From Bacteroidales bacterium (GTDB taxonomy: Bacteria > Bacteroidota > Bacteroidia > Bacteroidales > VadinHA17), in contig DATGYZ010000022.1 of NCBI GenBank assembly GCA_035297425.1, positions 25,228-89,227 of the forward strand: 64,000 nucleotides of DNA. The letters run 5' to 3'. Positions 50,835 to 60,981 of this stretch are shown one piece after another. The notes beneath the pieces are model-generated. The model ran no database searches. It saw only the letters and a program-made list of their open reading frames with translations, and was not told the origin of the DNA. A program made the translations under genes and the position numbers. Numbering within the stretch: position 1 is the first letter of the stretch; the number at the start of each line of letters is the position of its first letter.

Positions 50835-50921
50835 TTTAAAAATAGGTTTAAGTTTTTCTATATTGTTTTATATCCCAAGAGAAGTTTGGTGTTCTTTGTT
50901 AAGAATAATTCCTATGATATT

Positions 50922-52784
50922 TTAATGTTCCATTCTCTCTCTGAAATACTCCGCCGTCTCTTTATCAGTGAAATATACATAGCACCCTTTCATTCCGCGG
51001 GTAAATAATGTTCTGTATGTATTTTTAATAATCAGTCTGATTTTTTCTCTGGCTTCTTCAACATTATTCTGTAATAAGGAATTATAGCCATGAATTGATC
51101 TGTCCATATGTGATCTTTTTGAGGGATCAACCATCACAATGCCATTTCTGACTATCAGATCTGGTCCCACAATTACTCCGATATAATCGAGTTCAAGTCC
51201 CTGACATGTGTGAATACAGCCAATTTCATTAATCGAATTTGGCTGAATGATCCAGAGACTTCCATCGGTAGACAGGTTCCACTTCATCTCAAAATCAGTG
51301 CCCGGGAAAGTTATGTCAAATGCGCGAGGATTGTTCTTACTTTTCCAATCCCAGCAATACCCGGCAACTAACCTGGCACTGTTTTTTTCTTTATTCTTTT
51401 CCTTAATTATTTCTCTTAGTAAAATTGGAGAGTCAATAATCTGAAAATCGTAATCAATATCTTCTATTTTGGAATTAGCAGTTTCCCTTATTTGAAGAAT
51501 ATTGTCCAGAAAAGACAAATAACCCTCAGATCCGTTACACCTGAATTGGGATTCAAGTTTCATTTCATGTATTTCTGCACCTGCCAGATTTGCCCAGCTC
51601 CTGATCTCCTCCTTTGTCCCAATATCCTTAAGTGTAACTCTTTGATCTTCATCTATAAAGAATATGCTTAATCGCGAAGCATCTATTATTTCCTTAACCT
51701 GATTAATTCCCTGATTCTGATATAACCCTGACTTTTCATTCAATCTGTGAGCCTCATCAACCACGAGAGCATCGAAAGTGTCAGTTGCACAATCAACATA
51801 CTGGCCTGATCCCTGAAACAAAGCATAAAACCTGGTTTTTGTCATTGAAGAAGCAGTCAGCTTACTCATATATACAGCTCTGGGTGCAGCATTTTTTGTA
51901 ACATACTGAGCCAGTAAGCCTCTCCTTGTAAGTTCAACCAGCAGATTAATTGCGACTACTGATTTTCCAGTTCCGGGACCACCCTCTACAATAAACACTT
52001 TTTTTCTTATCCCAGCTTCTTCTCTGGCCAGGTACAGAGCAGTTTCATAGACCAGTTTTTGTTCATCGAGAAGGATAAATTCTCGGTTACCGGCAATCAT
52101 TTTTACCAGGCTATCGCATAATTGTTTTGAAGGTCTGATCCTTCCACTATCAATACGATACATAATTGCACCGTCATCCCCATGATGAACATATTGTTTG
52201 ATAAATGATCTAAGTTGCTCTATTTCTCTTTTTAGAAAAACTGGTGCCTTTTCAGTATAATAATCGTAAAATGGATTGCGGATAACATCATCTAATTCAT
52301 AATTATGTAAATATGCGCATGATTTCAAAGTAATAACATCAGTTGTGACGGTTTCGCAAAAATCTTCAAGAAGTAGTGAATAAGAGTATGCTTGGTAAGA
52401 AGGATGATTAGTCTCATGCAATCCTCTTCCAAGAGCAGTTTTAATGATCCCATCTTTTTCTGATAATTCTGAAGTCTTCCATTGTTTCAGCTCAATAATT
52501 ACAACATGCTCATGATGGAAAGTGTCTGATCCAGATAAAATAAAATCGATTCTTTTACTAGTCTGGGGTATCTGACATTCGATTGACACACCAACATTAT
52601 CAGGAATTTCCGGATCAGAGATAACCCGAGCCATGTATAAAAGAGAACTTGACCATGACTCTATTTCCTTTTCAGATGTCCTTCTGTGGAGTTTTTTCTC
52701 AAATGCTTTTAAAATTATCTGATCTATGTTTCCTAAATCGACATCTTTTAGAAATACACTCTTAAATGAATTATATACTAGCAT
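50922..52784 (-). CDS. DUF2075 (Schlafen group 3-like) nuclease-helicase
   Basis: RIDF..IIELKQW, GGPGTGKS, VVDEAH, FRCNGS, HTCQGLE, TRGMKG. Confidence 0.88.
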   Translation of the reverse strand: MLVYNSFKSVFLKDVDLGNIDQIILKAFEKKLHRRTSEKEIESWSSSLLYMARVISDPEIPDNVGVSIECQIPQTSKRIDFILSGSDTFHHEHVVIIELKQWKTSELSEKDGIIKTALGRGLHETNHPSYQAYSYSLLLEDFCETVTTDVITLKSCAYLHNYELDDVIRNPFYDYYTEKAPVFLKREIEQLRSFIKQYVHHGDDGAIMYRIDSGRIRPSKQLCDSLVKMIAGNREFILLDEQKLVYETALYLAREEAGIRKKVFIVEGGPGTGKSVVAINLLVELTRRGLLAQYVTKNAAPRAVYMSKLTASSMTKTRFYALFQGSGQYVDCATDTFDALVVDEAHRLNEKSGLYQNQGINQVKEIIDASRLSIFFIDEDQRVTLKDIGTKEEIRSWANLAGAEIHEMKLESQFRCNGSEGYLSFLDNILQIRETANSKIEDIDYDFQIIDSPILLREIIKEKNKEKNSARLVAGYCWDWKSKNNPRAFDITFPGTDFEMKWNLSTDGSLWIIQPNSINEIGCIHTCQGLELDYIGVIVGPDLIVRNGIVMVDPSKRSHMDRSIHGYNSLLQNNVEEAREKIRLIIKNTYRTLFTRGMKGCYVYFTDKETAEYFRERMEH

Positions 52785-52787
52785 ATT

Positions 52788-53126
52788 CTAAAGTTCATTG
52801 TATTTTTTCGCTGTACCTTTAGATTTATCCACTGGGTATTTCTCTCCGTTCATTTTTATTTTTTCAAGCACTATCTCCTTCACATCAAATCCATGTTTTC
52901 CTGCCAATAAAAGACTGAAGGCAAGGACATCAGCGAGTTCTTCTTTCAGTTTGTTCTGATCAACAAGTTCCGATTCCTCAGTGGATTTCCAAAGAAAGAG
53001 TTCATTAAGTTCCGCTGCCTCAATTGATATTGCCAGAGCAAGGTCCTTAGTATTATGAAACTGTTCCCATTGCCGGGCATCCCGGAATTTAATAAGTTCG
53101 TCTATAAGTAATTGGATGTCATTCAT
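52788..53126 (-). CDS. MazG-like nucleotide pyrophosphohydrolase
   Basis: FRDARQWEQFH, EAAELNELFLW, EELADV, KYP. Confidence 0.92.
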   Translation of the reverse strand: MNDIQLLIDELIKFRDARQWEQFHNTKDLALAISIEAAELNELFLWKSTEESELVDQNKLKEELADVLAFSLLLAGKHGFDVKEIVLEKIKMNGEKYPVDKSKGTAKKYNEL

Positions 53127-53355
53127 TGATTTAATGATTGAGCAGCTAATTTAGCGATTTAATTGAGGTGTTTACAAAGTCTTAAAGACAAAAGCATATA
53201 TAATACCGATTAACTTGAGTCTGAATTCTTCTTGATTACCCAAATTTTGATCTGAGAGGCATTTTTATTTACTTATAATCGTGATTTTGGAAATATCGTT
53301 GTAATTTAAAGTCAATTGAATTCAATGGAATTCCAGAATATTATAATTCAAGATT

Positions 53356-54828
53356 ATGTTTAGTCAGACATTTACAATTAACCCTGTAGGGCAGGGATTT
53401 TTTTACACAGGAGATATTAGGACCGGAAGCGGTCAAAACACTTTCAGATTTGTTTTTGATTGTGGAAGTTTTAACAAAGCAAATTGTCTTGAAGAAGTAA
53501 ACTGCTTCAGGGAATCAGGTCTTACAGATTCCCATGAACTTGATTTACTAATAATATCTCATTTTGATGCAGACCATATTAATCATATAGGGAAGCTTCT
53601 TGAAGGTAACATAAAAGTGAAAAAACTTGTAATGCCTTTCATTACATTTGAGGAACGATTATTTCTGGTACTCAGATTACTATCTCCATTCAATGGGCAA
53701 AGTTTTACAAATGATGATTTTCCGGTAAGGTTTATAATTGATCCAATTGGTACACTATCAGGTAATCTTGGCGATGATTCAGAAATATTTCTGATCGAAG
53801 GTGGACCACTTCCACTTTCTGGAATGAGTACAAAAGAGAATGAAAATAGTGAAGAGATATCTAAATCTCTTGAAGAGGAAAAATTGAGTTTTAGTTTCGA
53901 TGCAAGTGAGCAATTAGAATCTGATGATATCACTAACCTGATTATTGGCAGTAAAAAAGTAGAATCAATATTTAAGGTTAAAGACGATAGGCATGGTAGG
54001 CTGGGGTATGCAAATTTCTATTTGCATATTATGGAATTTGTTTTTTACAAAAGGTCTTTGGGCGACAATGAAATAGAATTTTATAAAAAAGTACGCCAGA
54101 AATTTTGTGAGGATTATAGTATTAATGATTGTCCTGATCAGGAAATATTTCTTAATAAGGTGATTGAAAAAGTAAAGAGGATCACCTCAGGAAGGTTGAT
54201 CAGGGAAATATTTAAGGAATCGGCGGAAGGAATTGAAATTCAAACCAGAGGAAGAGCCATTAATGATCTGAATACTACATCTTTGTGCTTATTGCATATA
54301 AACAATAAACAGTTTATACGGTCTCTAATAAGAAGACAAAGAAGACCTCTGGATGTAGAATCAAATGTTAAGTTTCTTCAAAAACCAGATGGAAACAGAG
54401 CCACATACTTTACAATTCCAGCCTGGAAATATTATGAGCCAAGGAGAGGATCAATATTTTTACCAAATCGAGGAATACAAAACAGAAGATTTCCGAATAC
54501 CCTATTGACATCTGATTGTTTTTTGTCAGAACAAATAGAGGTAGATGACTTTTATAATAAGTTCAGTTCATACTGGGGTGATTTCTGGTTATTACAGGTG
54601 CCGCATCATGGATCTAAACGAAGTTCCGGTAGAGTATTATTTTCAAAAATCCATTTATTTCTTAATCTCTTTATTAATTATGGGGTTAAAAAAGAGTGGC
54701 GAGGTAAGTGGCGGCATCCTTCAAGTGAAACTATTATGTCTTTAACCGAAACAGGTCATTCATCTGAATTAATACCTGTGAATGAGTTTATTGGTATTCA
54801 ATGTAAATTTGAAATTTCTTCTTTTTAA
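53356..54828 (+). CDS. Metallo-beta-lactamase-fold hydrolase (ComEC/Rec2-like catalytic domain, no TM)
   Basis: VGQG, DCGS, SHFDADH, QVPHHGS, HP. Confidence 0.8.
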   Translation: MFSQTFTINPVGQGFFYTGDIRTGSGQNTFRFVFDCGSFNKANCLEEVNCFRESGLTDSHELDLLIISHFDADHINHIGKLLEGNIKVKKLVMPFITFEERLFLVLRLLSPFNGQSFTNDDFPVRFIIDPIGTLSGNLGDDSEIFLIEGGPLPLSGMSTKENENSEEISKSLEEEKLSFSFDASEQLESDDITNLIIGSKKVESIFKVKDDRHGRLGYANFYLHIMEFVFYKRSLGDNEIEFYKKVRQKFCEDYSINDCPDQEIFLNKVIEKVKRITSGRLIREIFKESAEGIEIQTRGRAINDLNTTSLCLLHINNKQFIRSLIRRQRRPLDVESNVKFLQKPDGNRATYFTIPAWKYYEPRRGSIFLPNRGIQNRRFPNTLLTSDCFLSEQIEVDDFYNKFSSYWGDFWLLQVPHHGSKRSSGRVLFSKIHLFLNLFINYGVKKEWRGKWRHPSSETIMSLTETGHSSELIPVNEFIGIQCKFEISSF

Positions 54829-55131
54829 TAATTAGGGTTGACACAATAAGTATTTTCTGCAGGTCTGTATGTAGGACCCTTAACATCAACTTTTAGAATT
54901 TCAACGACTTTATATTGAGTTTCCGGGTCTCGTTGTCTGAGATCCTAAGTGCAAAAGGCCACCTTATTAAAACTCTCCCCGAATCGAGCCAGGTCTGCTT
55001 TATTCCCCACTCATCAAGTACTTCCTTATCCTGTTCATGGATTATAAGTTTTAATGTAGTATGGAGGTAAAATATTATCTCATGGATTGAGATATTTTTA
55101 AACAAAACTGAAATCAAATGCTAATTTAAAT

Positions 55132-55779
55132 TCAAGCGTTTATCCTATTCTGAATAATATCGCAGTACTCCTTATCAATTTCAAAACTAAGTGAATCAAA
55201 TCCATGTTTTTGGGCAACTTTTGCCGTGGTACCACTTCCACCAAACGGATCAATAATTAATTGATCTGGTTTTGCAGTTGTCAATATTATCCTTTCAATT
55301 AATAGCTCCGGAATCTGGCATGGATGATTGGTTTTTTCTTTGCTTACATTTTTGACCTGGTTTATTTCCCACCAATCATAGAGTTTTGCTCCTGTTTTTC
55401 CCTCAGCAATTCTTTTTTGAATTCGTTTATCATTTAAGTTTTTATATTCCTGCCTTACTTTCCGGAAATCAGGTTTGCATCCCCACCAACTGATTAACCG
55501 GCTTTGCTTCCCGGTATTGGAATTATACACCCAACAGACTACTTGTTCACATTTTGCACTAAATGCTTTTGGAAGCAGGTTTATAGTTTCTTCTGGGTAA
55601 TGAATTAATACACATGGCCGAGGTATCTTTGAAAGGAGTTTAATATAATCCTCTTCACTCATCCTGTCTTTGTACTGGTTATAAGCATAACCTTGATTAT
55701 ATGGTGGATCGGTAATTACCAATCCTGCTGGTATTATATGGTTTCTGAAATCATCATTAACGATTTTGACATTGGACAT
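55132..55779 (-). CDS. Orphan N6-adenine/N4-cytosine DNA methyltransferase (beta class)
   Basis: TDPPY precedes HPCQ and DPFGGSGTT. Confidence 0.88.
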   Translation of the reverse strand: MSNVKIVNDDFRNHIIPAGLVITDPPYNQGYAYNQYKDRMSEEDYIKLLSKIPRPCVLIHYPEETINLLPKAFSAKCEQVVCWVYNSNTGKQSRLISWWGCKPDFRKVRQEYKNLNDKRIQKRIAEGKTGAKLYDWWEINQVKNVSKEKTNHPCQIPELLIERIILTTAKPDQLIIDPFGGSGTTAKVAQKHGFDSLSFEIDKEYCDIIQNRINA

Positions 55780-55873
55780 TCAAATAAAAAGTTAAACAAT
55801 TGCTGGTGGATGACTATTATGAACCCACCAGCGTTATTTTTTAAGTATAATCGACTTTTCGTTTTCAAATCAA

Positions 55874-56458
55874 TCATATAAGAGTCTCTGCTTGATTCTG
55901 ACAATCATTATTATTTATGTTTCTTTCTTGACAGAATCGTTCAATTTCAATTCCCCATTTATATAGAGCTTTGTCATAGATTTTTGCATATTCCAGGAAT
56001 GAATAGTTGCTTGTGACCGGGTTTTTAAATGGAACCCAATCAGTTATTCCCCCAAAATCTCCCATATAATCATAATATTGATGTTTTACGAATATTGATG
56101 GAGTTTTTCCAGCATCAAGCACCCATAAAGAATTTTGAATATACATGCAAAGAAACTCGACCCAATGGTCATTAGGACTCCAGGCAGTATCGTAACATAA
56201 TATAATGGTATCTCCACTTTCATTTACATTAGCATTATAAACATCCCATTTAGTGCCCCAAATAGACCGACACCAGTCATAACCATATTTACTGTACCCT
56301 GCATGGCCTGAAAATATTGATGGCAATGGCAGCATTTTTTGCATGGTAAATCTTCTTTTTTTGTTTTCATCTTCATCAAAAATCATCATCTTGATTTTAT
56401 CTATGGTCATTTCATCTTCACAATGAATTTCTAACCTATTTGTTACGTGATTTGGCAT
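55874..56458 (-). CDS. YubB/DUF1281-like ferredoxin-fold protein common on mobile elements
   Basis: MPNHVTNRL, YDW...WGTKWD, YDTAWSP. Confidence 0.75.
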   Translation of the reverse strand: MPNHVTNRLEIHCEDEMTIDKIKMMIFDEDENKKRRFTMQKMLPLPSIFSGHAGYSKYGYDWCRSIWGTKWDVYNANVNESGDTIILCYDTAWSPNDHWVEFLCMYIQNSLWVLDAGKTPSIFVKHQYYDYMGDFGGITDWVPFKNPVTSNYSFLEYAKIYDKALYKWGIEIERFCQERNINNNDCQNQAETLI

Positions 56459-56468
56459 TTGTTAATAG

Positions 56469-56621
56469 TTATTTAATAAAGTTATTTTTCATTGCTTGCT
56501 GAATCAGTTGCCGGGTATAAGTAGCAATTTTTAAATATGATTCAGCAGCTTTCTTTTCGATCTGATTAAATAGGGCAGGTTCCACCCTCAGGTTAATTCT
56601 TTTTAAATCTTTCTTACTCAT
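56469..56621 (-). CDS. Small ribbon-helix-helix protein (50 aa, absent from the ORF track)
   Basis: MSKKDLKRINLRVEPALFNQIEKKAAESYLKIATYTRQLIQQAMKNNFIK; beta-strand INLRV plus two helices; ends 10 nt before the next ATG. Confidence 0.7.
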   Translation of the reverse strand: MSKKDLKRINLRVEPALFNQIEKKAAESYLKIATYTRQLIQQAMKNNFIK

Positions 56622-56913
56622 GTATTACATTTTTAATCCAGTTATTTTATCATAAATACACGAGTTGAATGAATTGTATCACCAAATAACCCCATTGAGG
56701 TCAACTTTTTTTCTTCATCACTCATATACCATTGATATATAGTGACATAAAATTCGAGCTAACTCGATCTTTTTTCATTGACACTGGTCTCTCCCCGGAA
56801 TTTACACCTCTAACAAGTGCGTACTGATTTACGATTTTAAGTTGTGTAATACATTTTTATGATATTCCTCTCCGGAAATTTTTTTCCCTGTATTTATCTA
56901 AAAGGAAATAGAC

Positions 56914-57102
56914 ATGGGAAACTCAAATGAAATTAAAATTGAAAGACTGGACAGAATAATCACTGTCAGAATGACTGATGAAGACTATAATGCTTTACTC
57001 AGCATAAGTGAGAACAAAAGGTCAAATGTTTCAAGTATAATCAGGCTAATGCTTACCACTGTAATTGACATGGTTAAAGAAAATAACTCTAAAGCAAAAT
57101 AA
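56914..57102 (+). CDS. Ribbon-helix-helix (CopG/MobC-like) protein
   Basis: IITVRMTDEDYNAL....NVSSIIR. Confidence 0.7.
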   Translation: MGNSNEIKIERLDRIITVRMTDEDYNALLSISENKRSNVSSIIRLMLTTVIDMVKENNSKAK

Positions 57103-58336
57103 AAATGGATTGATAACGGCTGTAACGAATGTTAAAAGTAATGCAGATTATAAATGTCTGATCCATCTTGACAGGTTAAGTCTAACCTTCAGGGTTTGGT
57201 CTGGTTCAACATTCCAGGATATCAGGAATCCTGAGTTCATTCCTCAGGAGCAGTTATTTAATGAGATTACCATCATCCACGACACTTCACCGGGATTAGG
57301 GGCCTATTATCACAGTTACCGGGTGTTTTATAAAGGTCATTTTGTTGGAAAATTGCACGCAGCCACCAAGTTGAAGAAGCATGAACTGCAGTTTGATTAT
57401 TCAAAAGAGGTTTTTTATGCTCTCCATTCTGCTTACTGGTATGAAGTTTATGCAGCTTTAATAACCAATCTCGGCATCATATATAATAATATAATGTATA
57501 TAGAGATAGCCGTTGACACTAACAAAGACCTGGTCGGACTGTTCGGCTTATTATATCAGTTCACTTTCAGTAATAACCTTCGGTCAGGTGAAAGGTATAA
57601 ATTGAAGGCTAATATTATTGTTCATGTGATGAATAATGGACATTCCTTTCTTATAGATGGTAGTGAGAATGAAATATCTATTTATAACAAATCCAGTCAT
57701 TCTGAGAACTTTGTACAGGAGTATTTTTTAAATAACGGGTTGGAAAACGGTGATATCTATCGGATTGAATCCCGGTTAACCTGGAATTACATCCGATATC
57801 TTCGTAATAAAAAGGGACTGGATATCAATGTTGAAACACTGTTAGACCTGGGGAAACTGGCAAATATCTTCAAAATTTCAACCATTAATAAAATAACCTT
57901 TAAGGACATGTTGGTTAGTACGATTGATTGTAATAGAAACAAGCGGTTCCAGAGTATAAGTATAATTGATGACCTGGATATTGATACTGCAGAAATAGGA
58001 AAACTGAATCCGGAACTGCGTGCCAGTCACTATAAAAATCCATCGGTTGACGAAAATATCATGCGCCAGAACTATTTCCTGTTCCTGGATACTGGCAATA
58101 AAAAATACCTCAGAAATTTCAAATCCAGTGGATTGGTTGCCGGATATAATAGAGGTCAACTGCTAAACTTCGTGAATAAGCACAATATTAGATACCATGG
58201 TAATCGTACCCATGATATTACTGAAAGGATGGAATTTGCAACTGGAAGTATCTCCGGCAACTTCACAGTTAAAGTAAGCAGGTTATTTCATTCAATTATA
58301 AAGGAGTTGAAATCAGTTATGGCGGACATATTTTGA
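57065..58336 (+). CDS. Putative Rep_trans/MOB_T-like replication initiator or relaxase (start uncertain)
   Basis: LDRLSLTF, IEIAVD, SIYNKS, YRIESRL, in the order expected for the family. Confidence 0.55.
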   Translation: MTWLKKITLKQNKNGLITAVTNVKSNADYKCLIHLDRLSLTFRVWSGSTFQDIRNPEFIPQEQLFNEITIIHDTSPGLGAYYHSYRVFYKGHFVGKLHAATKLKKHELQFDYSKEVFYALHSAYWYEVYAALITNLGIIYNNIMYIEIAVDTNKDLVGLFGLLYQFTFSNNLRSGERYKLKANIIVHVMNNGHSFLIDGSENEISIYNKSSHSENFVQEYFLNNGLENGDIYRIESRLTWNYIRYLRNKKGLDINVETLLDLGKLANIFKISTINKITFKDMLVSTIDCNRNKRFQSISIIDDLDIDTAEIGKLNPELRASHYKNPSVDENIMRQNYFLFLDTGNKKYLRNFKSSGLVAGYNRGQLLNFVNKHNIRYHGNRTHDITERMEFATGSISGNFTVKVSRLFHSIIKELKSVMADIF

Positions 58337-58641
58337 GATTGATTCCTAAGTTGTGACTAAAATCTTGTAATACAGTAGATATTTAATTAAATGCACATTA
58401 ACCTCAGATTATAGGTACTATAACTTATCATTATTGTACTCAAAAAAAATCGACCAGCTGATTAACATATGTTTGAATTATTCGGATTGAGTTTGTAATT
58501 GGCTGACAATATTCCAACTGAGAGTAAACAGGAAATGTCAAGTAGATCGAAATGTGGTACCATCGGTGAGAATGTTCCGGCAATTTTGAATTTTTAGGCC
58601 ATATCATATCATTTGTAATACACGTACCATCATGAATCATT

Positions 58642-58893
58642 TTACAAACCCTTAAAGAACTTTTCCAGAGATTTTACCTCTGGATGCGCAGCTAATACTT
58701 TCAGAAGGGTTGTCATATGAAAGTTCCGTCCTGACTCTAAATTTGTGTAAGAAATTCGTGGAATATCATTCTTTGCACAAAACCTTTCAATCGAAAGACC
58801 TGTAGTTTTCCGAAGATTGAGAATTTTTTGGCCAATCGAATCTAACACCTTCTGGTGTTGATCTGATATCGGATTTTTTCTTTCGTAAGCCAT
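58642..58893 (-). CDS. XRE-family HTH regulator
   Basis: IGQKILNLRK..GLS..FC....I.RISYTNLESG. Confidence 0.85.
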   Translation of the reverse strand: MAYERKNPISDQHQKVLDSIGQKILNLRKTTGLSIERFCAKNDIPRISYTNLESGRNFHMTTLLKVLAAHPEVKSLEKFFKGL

Positions 58894-59025
58894 ATTATAC
58901 TAAATATAACTCAAAGGTATAATCAAGCTGCGAGATTACGTACTCTTTGTCATAATTATTACCACATAATTAAATGTCATAATTAATACCATATAATTAT
59001 GACATTTAATAATTATCTTTGTAAC

Positions 59026-59193
59026 ATGAGTAAACGAAGAATGTTCCAGCAAGAATATTTCCGGTTCGATTTCGAATCAGATCAATACTTAATAATTATT
59101 GAAATCGAAGATGGAATACCTATCGGAACATATATAGTTAAACTACCAAGGTTTTATCCACAATTCCCCATTACACCATATTTAGTAAATTAA
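59026..59193 (+). CDS. Small hypothetical protein divergent from XRE
   Basis: ATG just downstream of a TATCTTTG box at 59014. Confidence 0.4.
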   Translation: MSKRRMFQQEYFRFDFESDQYLIIIEIEDGIPIGTYIVKLPRFYPQFPITPYLVN

Positions 59194-59308
59194 CTGAAAT
59201 TTTGTGTTCATGTTTTAATAATAGGGTATACTTCAAATTGATACACATTAAACAGTAAAAAAGCTACAAAAACGGCCGGAATGAATTAAAAATAGGGTCA
59301 CACTAAAA

Positions 59309-59947
59309 ATGATACATATGGAAGCGATCGCATATTCAAGAGTGAGCAGCTTATCTCAGCAGTATGAACGACAAGTCATCAACCTTAAACAGGTGGCACA
59401 GCAAAAAGGCTGGCATGTAAGAAGAACCTTTGAGGAGAAAATTTCCGGAACCGTAAAATCCGGATCCCGAAATGAATTTAAATCATTACTGGATTACATA
59501 GACAAAACACCAGTACAGATTGTAATGGTTTCTGAAATCTCAAGGATCGGCAGAAGAGTGGTAGATGTTTTGAACTTTGTGGAATTGTTACACGAGAAAG
59601 GTATTGCATTATATATTCAACAATTCAATATGCTCACAATGGAGAATGGCAAAGAGAATCCTGTTGCTAAAATGTTGCTGCAGATGCTCTCAATTGGTGC
59701 AGAAATGGAGAATAGTCAGCGGAAAATTCGTCAATATGAGGGAATTCAGCTTGCCAAGTTAAAAGGGGTATACAATGGCCGGGTGAAAGGGTCAAGGACT
59801 TCATTAAAGGATTTAATCGACAAATATCAAAATGTAAATGATCTTCTTGATAAGAGTGAATTGTCCATCAGAAAAATTGCAAGGATAACCGGACATTCGA
59901 CTAATACAGTAAGAAAAATTAAGAATATTAAGAGCGCTTTGATTTAG
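59309..59947 (+). CDS. Serine recombinase (resolvase/invertase) with C-terminal HTH
   Basis: YSRVSS, EKISG, SRIGR, GVYNGR, SIRKIARITGHSTNTV. Confidence 0.92.
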   Translation: MIHMEAIAYSRVSSLSQQYERQVINLKQVAQQKGWHVRRTFEEKISGTVKSGSRNEFKSLLDYIDKTPVQIVMVSEISRIGRRVVDVLNFVELLHEKGIALYIQQFNMLTMENGKENPVAKMLLQMLSIGAEMENSQRKIRQYEGIQLAKLKGVYNGRVKGSRTSLKDLIDKYQNVNDLLDKSELSIRKIARITGHSTNTVRKIKNIKSALI

Positions 59948-59971
59948 ATGACTTGCATTCCGATCTCACAT

Positions 59972-60976
59972 TTAGTTTTTATTTATTGCTCTGACTCGAC
60001 TCCTTAGTTCCTTTATCCTCTCAATAAGTTCATCGAATGGAAGAGAGTCCCCATAGATCATGCTTTCCCTCATTCCTCTATAATCTTTTTCATATTCTTT
60101 TATAATATTTTCAGGAGGAACAAAATCGATTCTTTCCGGTTGGTGTGTACTATAATCAACTCCATCCATTTTTGTGAAGGTCTTTCTGTGATTTATAATA
60201 GTATTATACAGCTCAGTGTCTTCTAATGCTTTTCGGGCATGTTCAGTATCCATTATCTTCTCAAGGTCGTAAAGATGTCTGCTCATCCTTTCTGATCTCA
60301 TTTTATCATGTGGCCGTTGAAACTCTTCGTGCAATAAAAAAGCTTTTTCAAGAAAAGTTCTTGATGGAATGACCGTTCTTATTAGAGCAGGACTATCGGC
60401 AAATTTTTGTTCTTTAAAGTGATAACCAACAATAGATTGTATCTCCCTTGATTCCCATGGTTCAATTTGACATCGAGCACCAATTTCCAGTTTTACATTG
60501 GGTGAAATATACTCAGACTTCTCTGTCAGAGATTTGTAAATTATTAAAAGAGAGTGTGGATCAGCACTTGTGTTTTTTTCCCCATTAGCCTGGATTTCAT
60601 ACTCAATAAATCCATTTTCTTTAAGCCTCGTATCTAGAGACTCTCTCAATTTAGTATTAGTAAATGCATAAGACGCTTTTCTCAATCTTGTTATACTTTT
60701 CCCTGTTGGATCCCCATTGTACCCAAGAAAGGTCATGTTAATAGCAAAATCGATGTCTTCAGAAAATCTATTTATCAAGTTCCATCCTTTGCTTAATGAA
60801 GTACCACCCTTAAACACAAGGTGTTCTGAAATATCTAACTCAAATACTGTTTTTAAAACCATTGTTACCCACCAATCTTTCTCTATTGATGAAACAGGCA
60901 AACCGGCTCGTTGAGAAGTCTGGTTGAAGATCTCTTTACGCCTCTCATCTGACAAACTGAACCACTCTTTGATCAT
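59972..60976 (-). CDS. abiEii: AbiEii/AbiGii nucleotidyltransferase toxin (type IV TA)
   Basis: IEKDWWV, FKGGTSLSK, RFSEDID, RTFLEK, SRHLYD. Confidence 0.92.
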   Translation of the reverse strand: MIKEWFSLSDERRKEIFNQTSQRAGLPVSSIEKDWWVTMVLKTVFELDISEHLVFKGGTSLSKGWNLINRFSEDIDFAINMTFLGYNGDPTGKSITRLRKASYAFTNTKLRESLDTRLKENGFIEYEIQANGEKNTSADPHSLLIIYKSLTEKSEYISPNVKLEIGARCQIEPWESREIQSIVGYHFKEQKFADSPALIRTVIPSRTFLEKAFLLHEEFQRPHDKMRSERMSRHLYDLEKIMDTEHARKALEDTELYNTIINHRKTFTKMDGVDYSTHQPERIDFVPPENIIKEYEKDYRGMRESMIYGDSLPFDELIERIKELRSRVRAINKN

Positions 60977-60981
60977 AATAT

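Noticed and set aside
54893..55117. 74-aa ORF downstream of the orphan MTase
   Set aside because: Non-ATG start and no recognisable motif; may be a remnant, but cannot be supported
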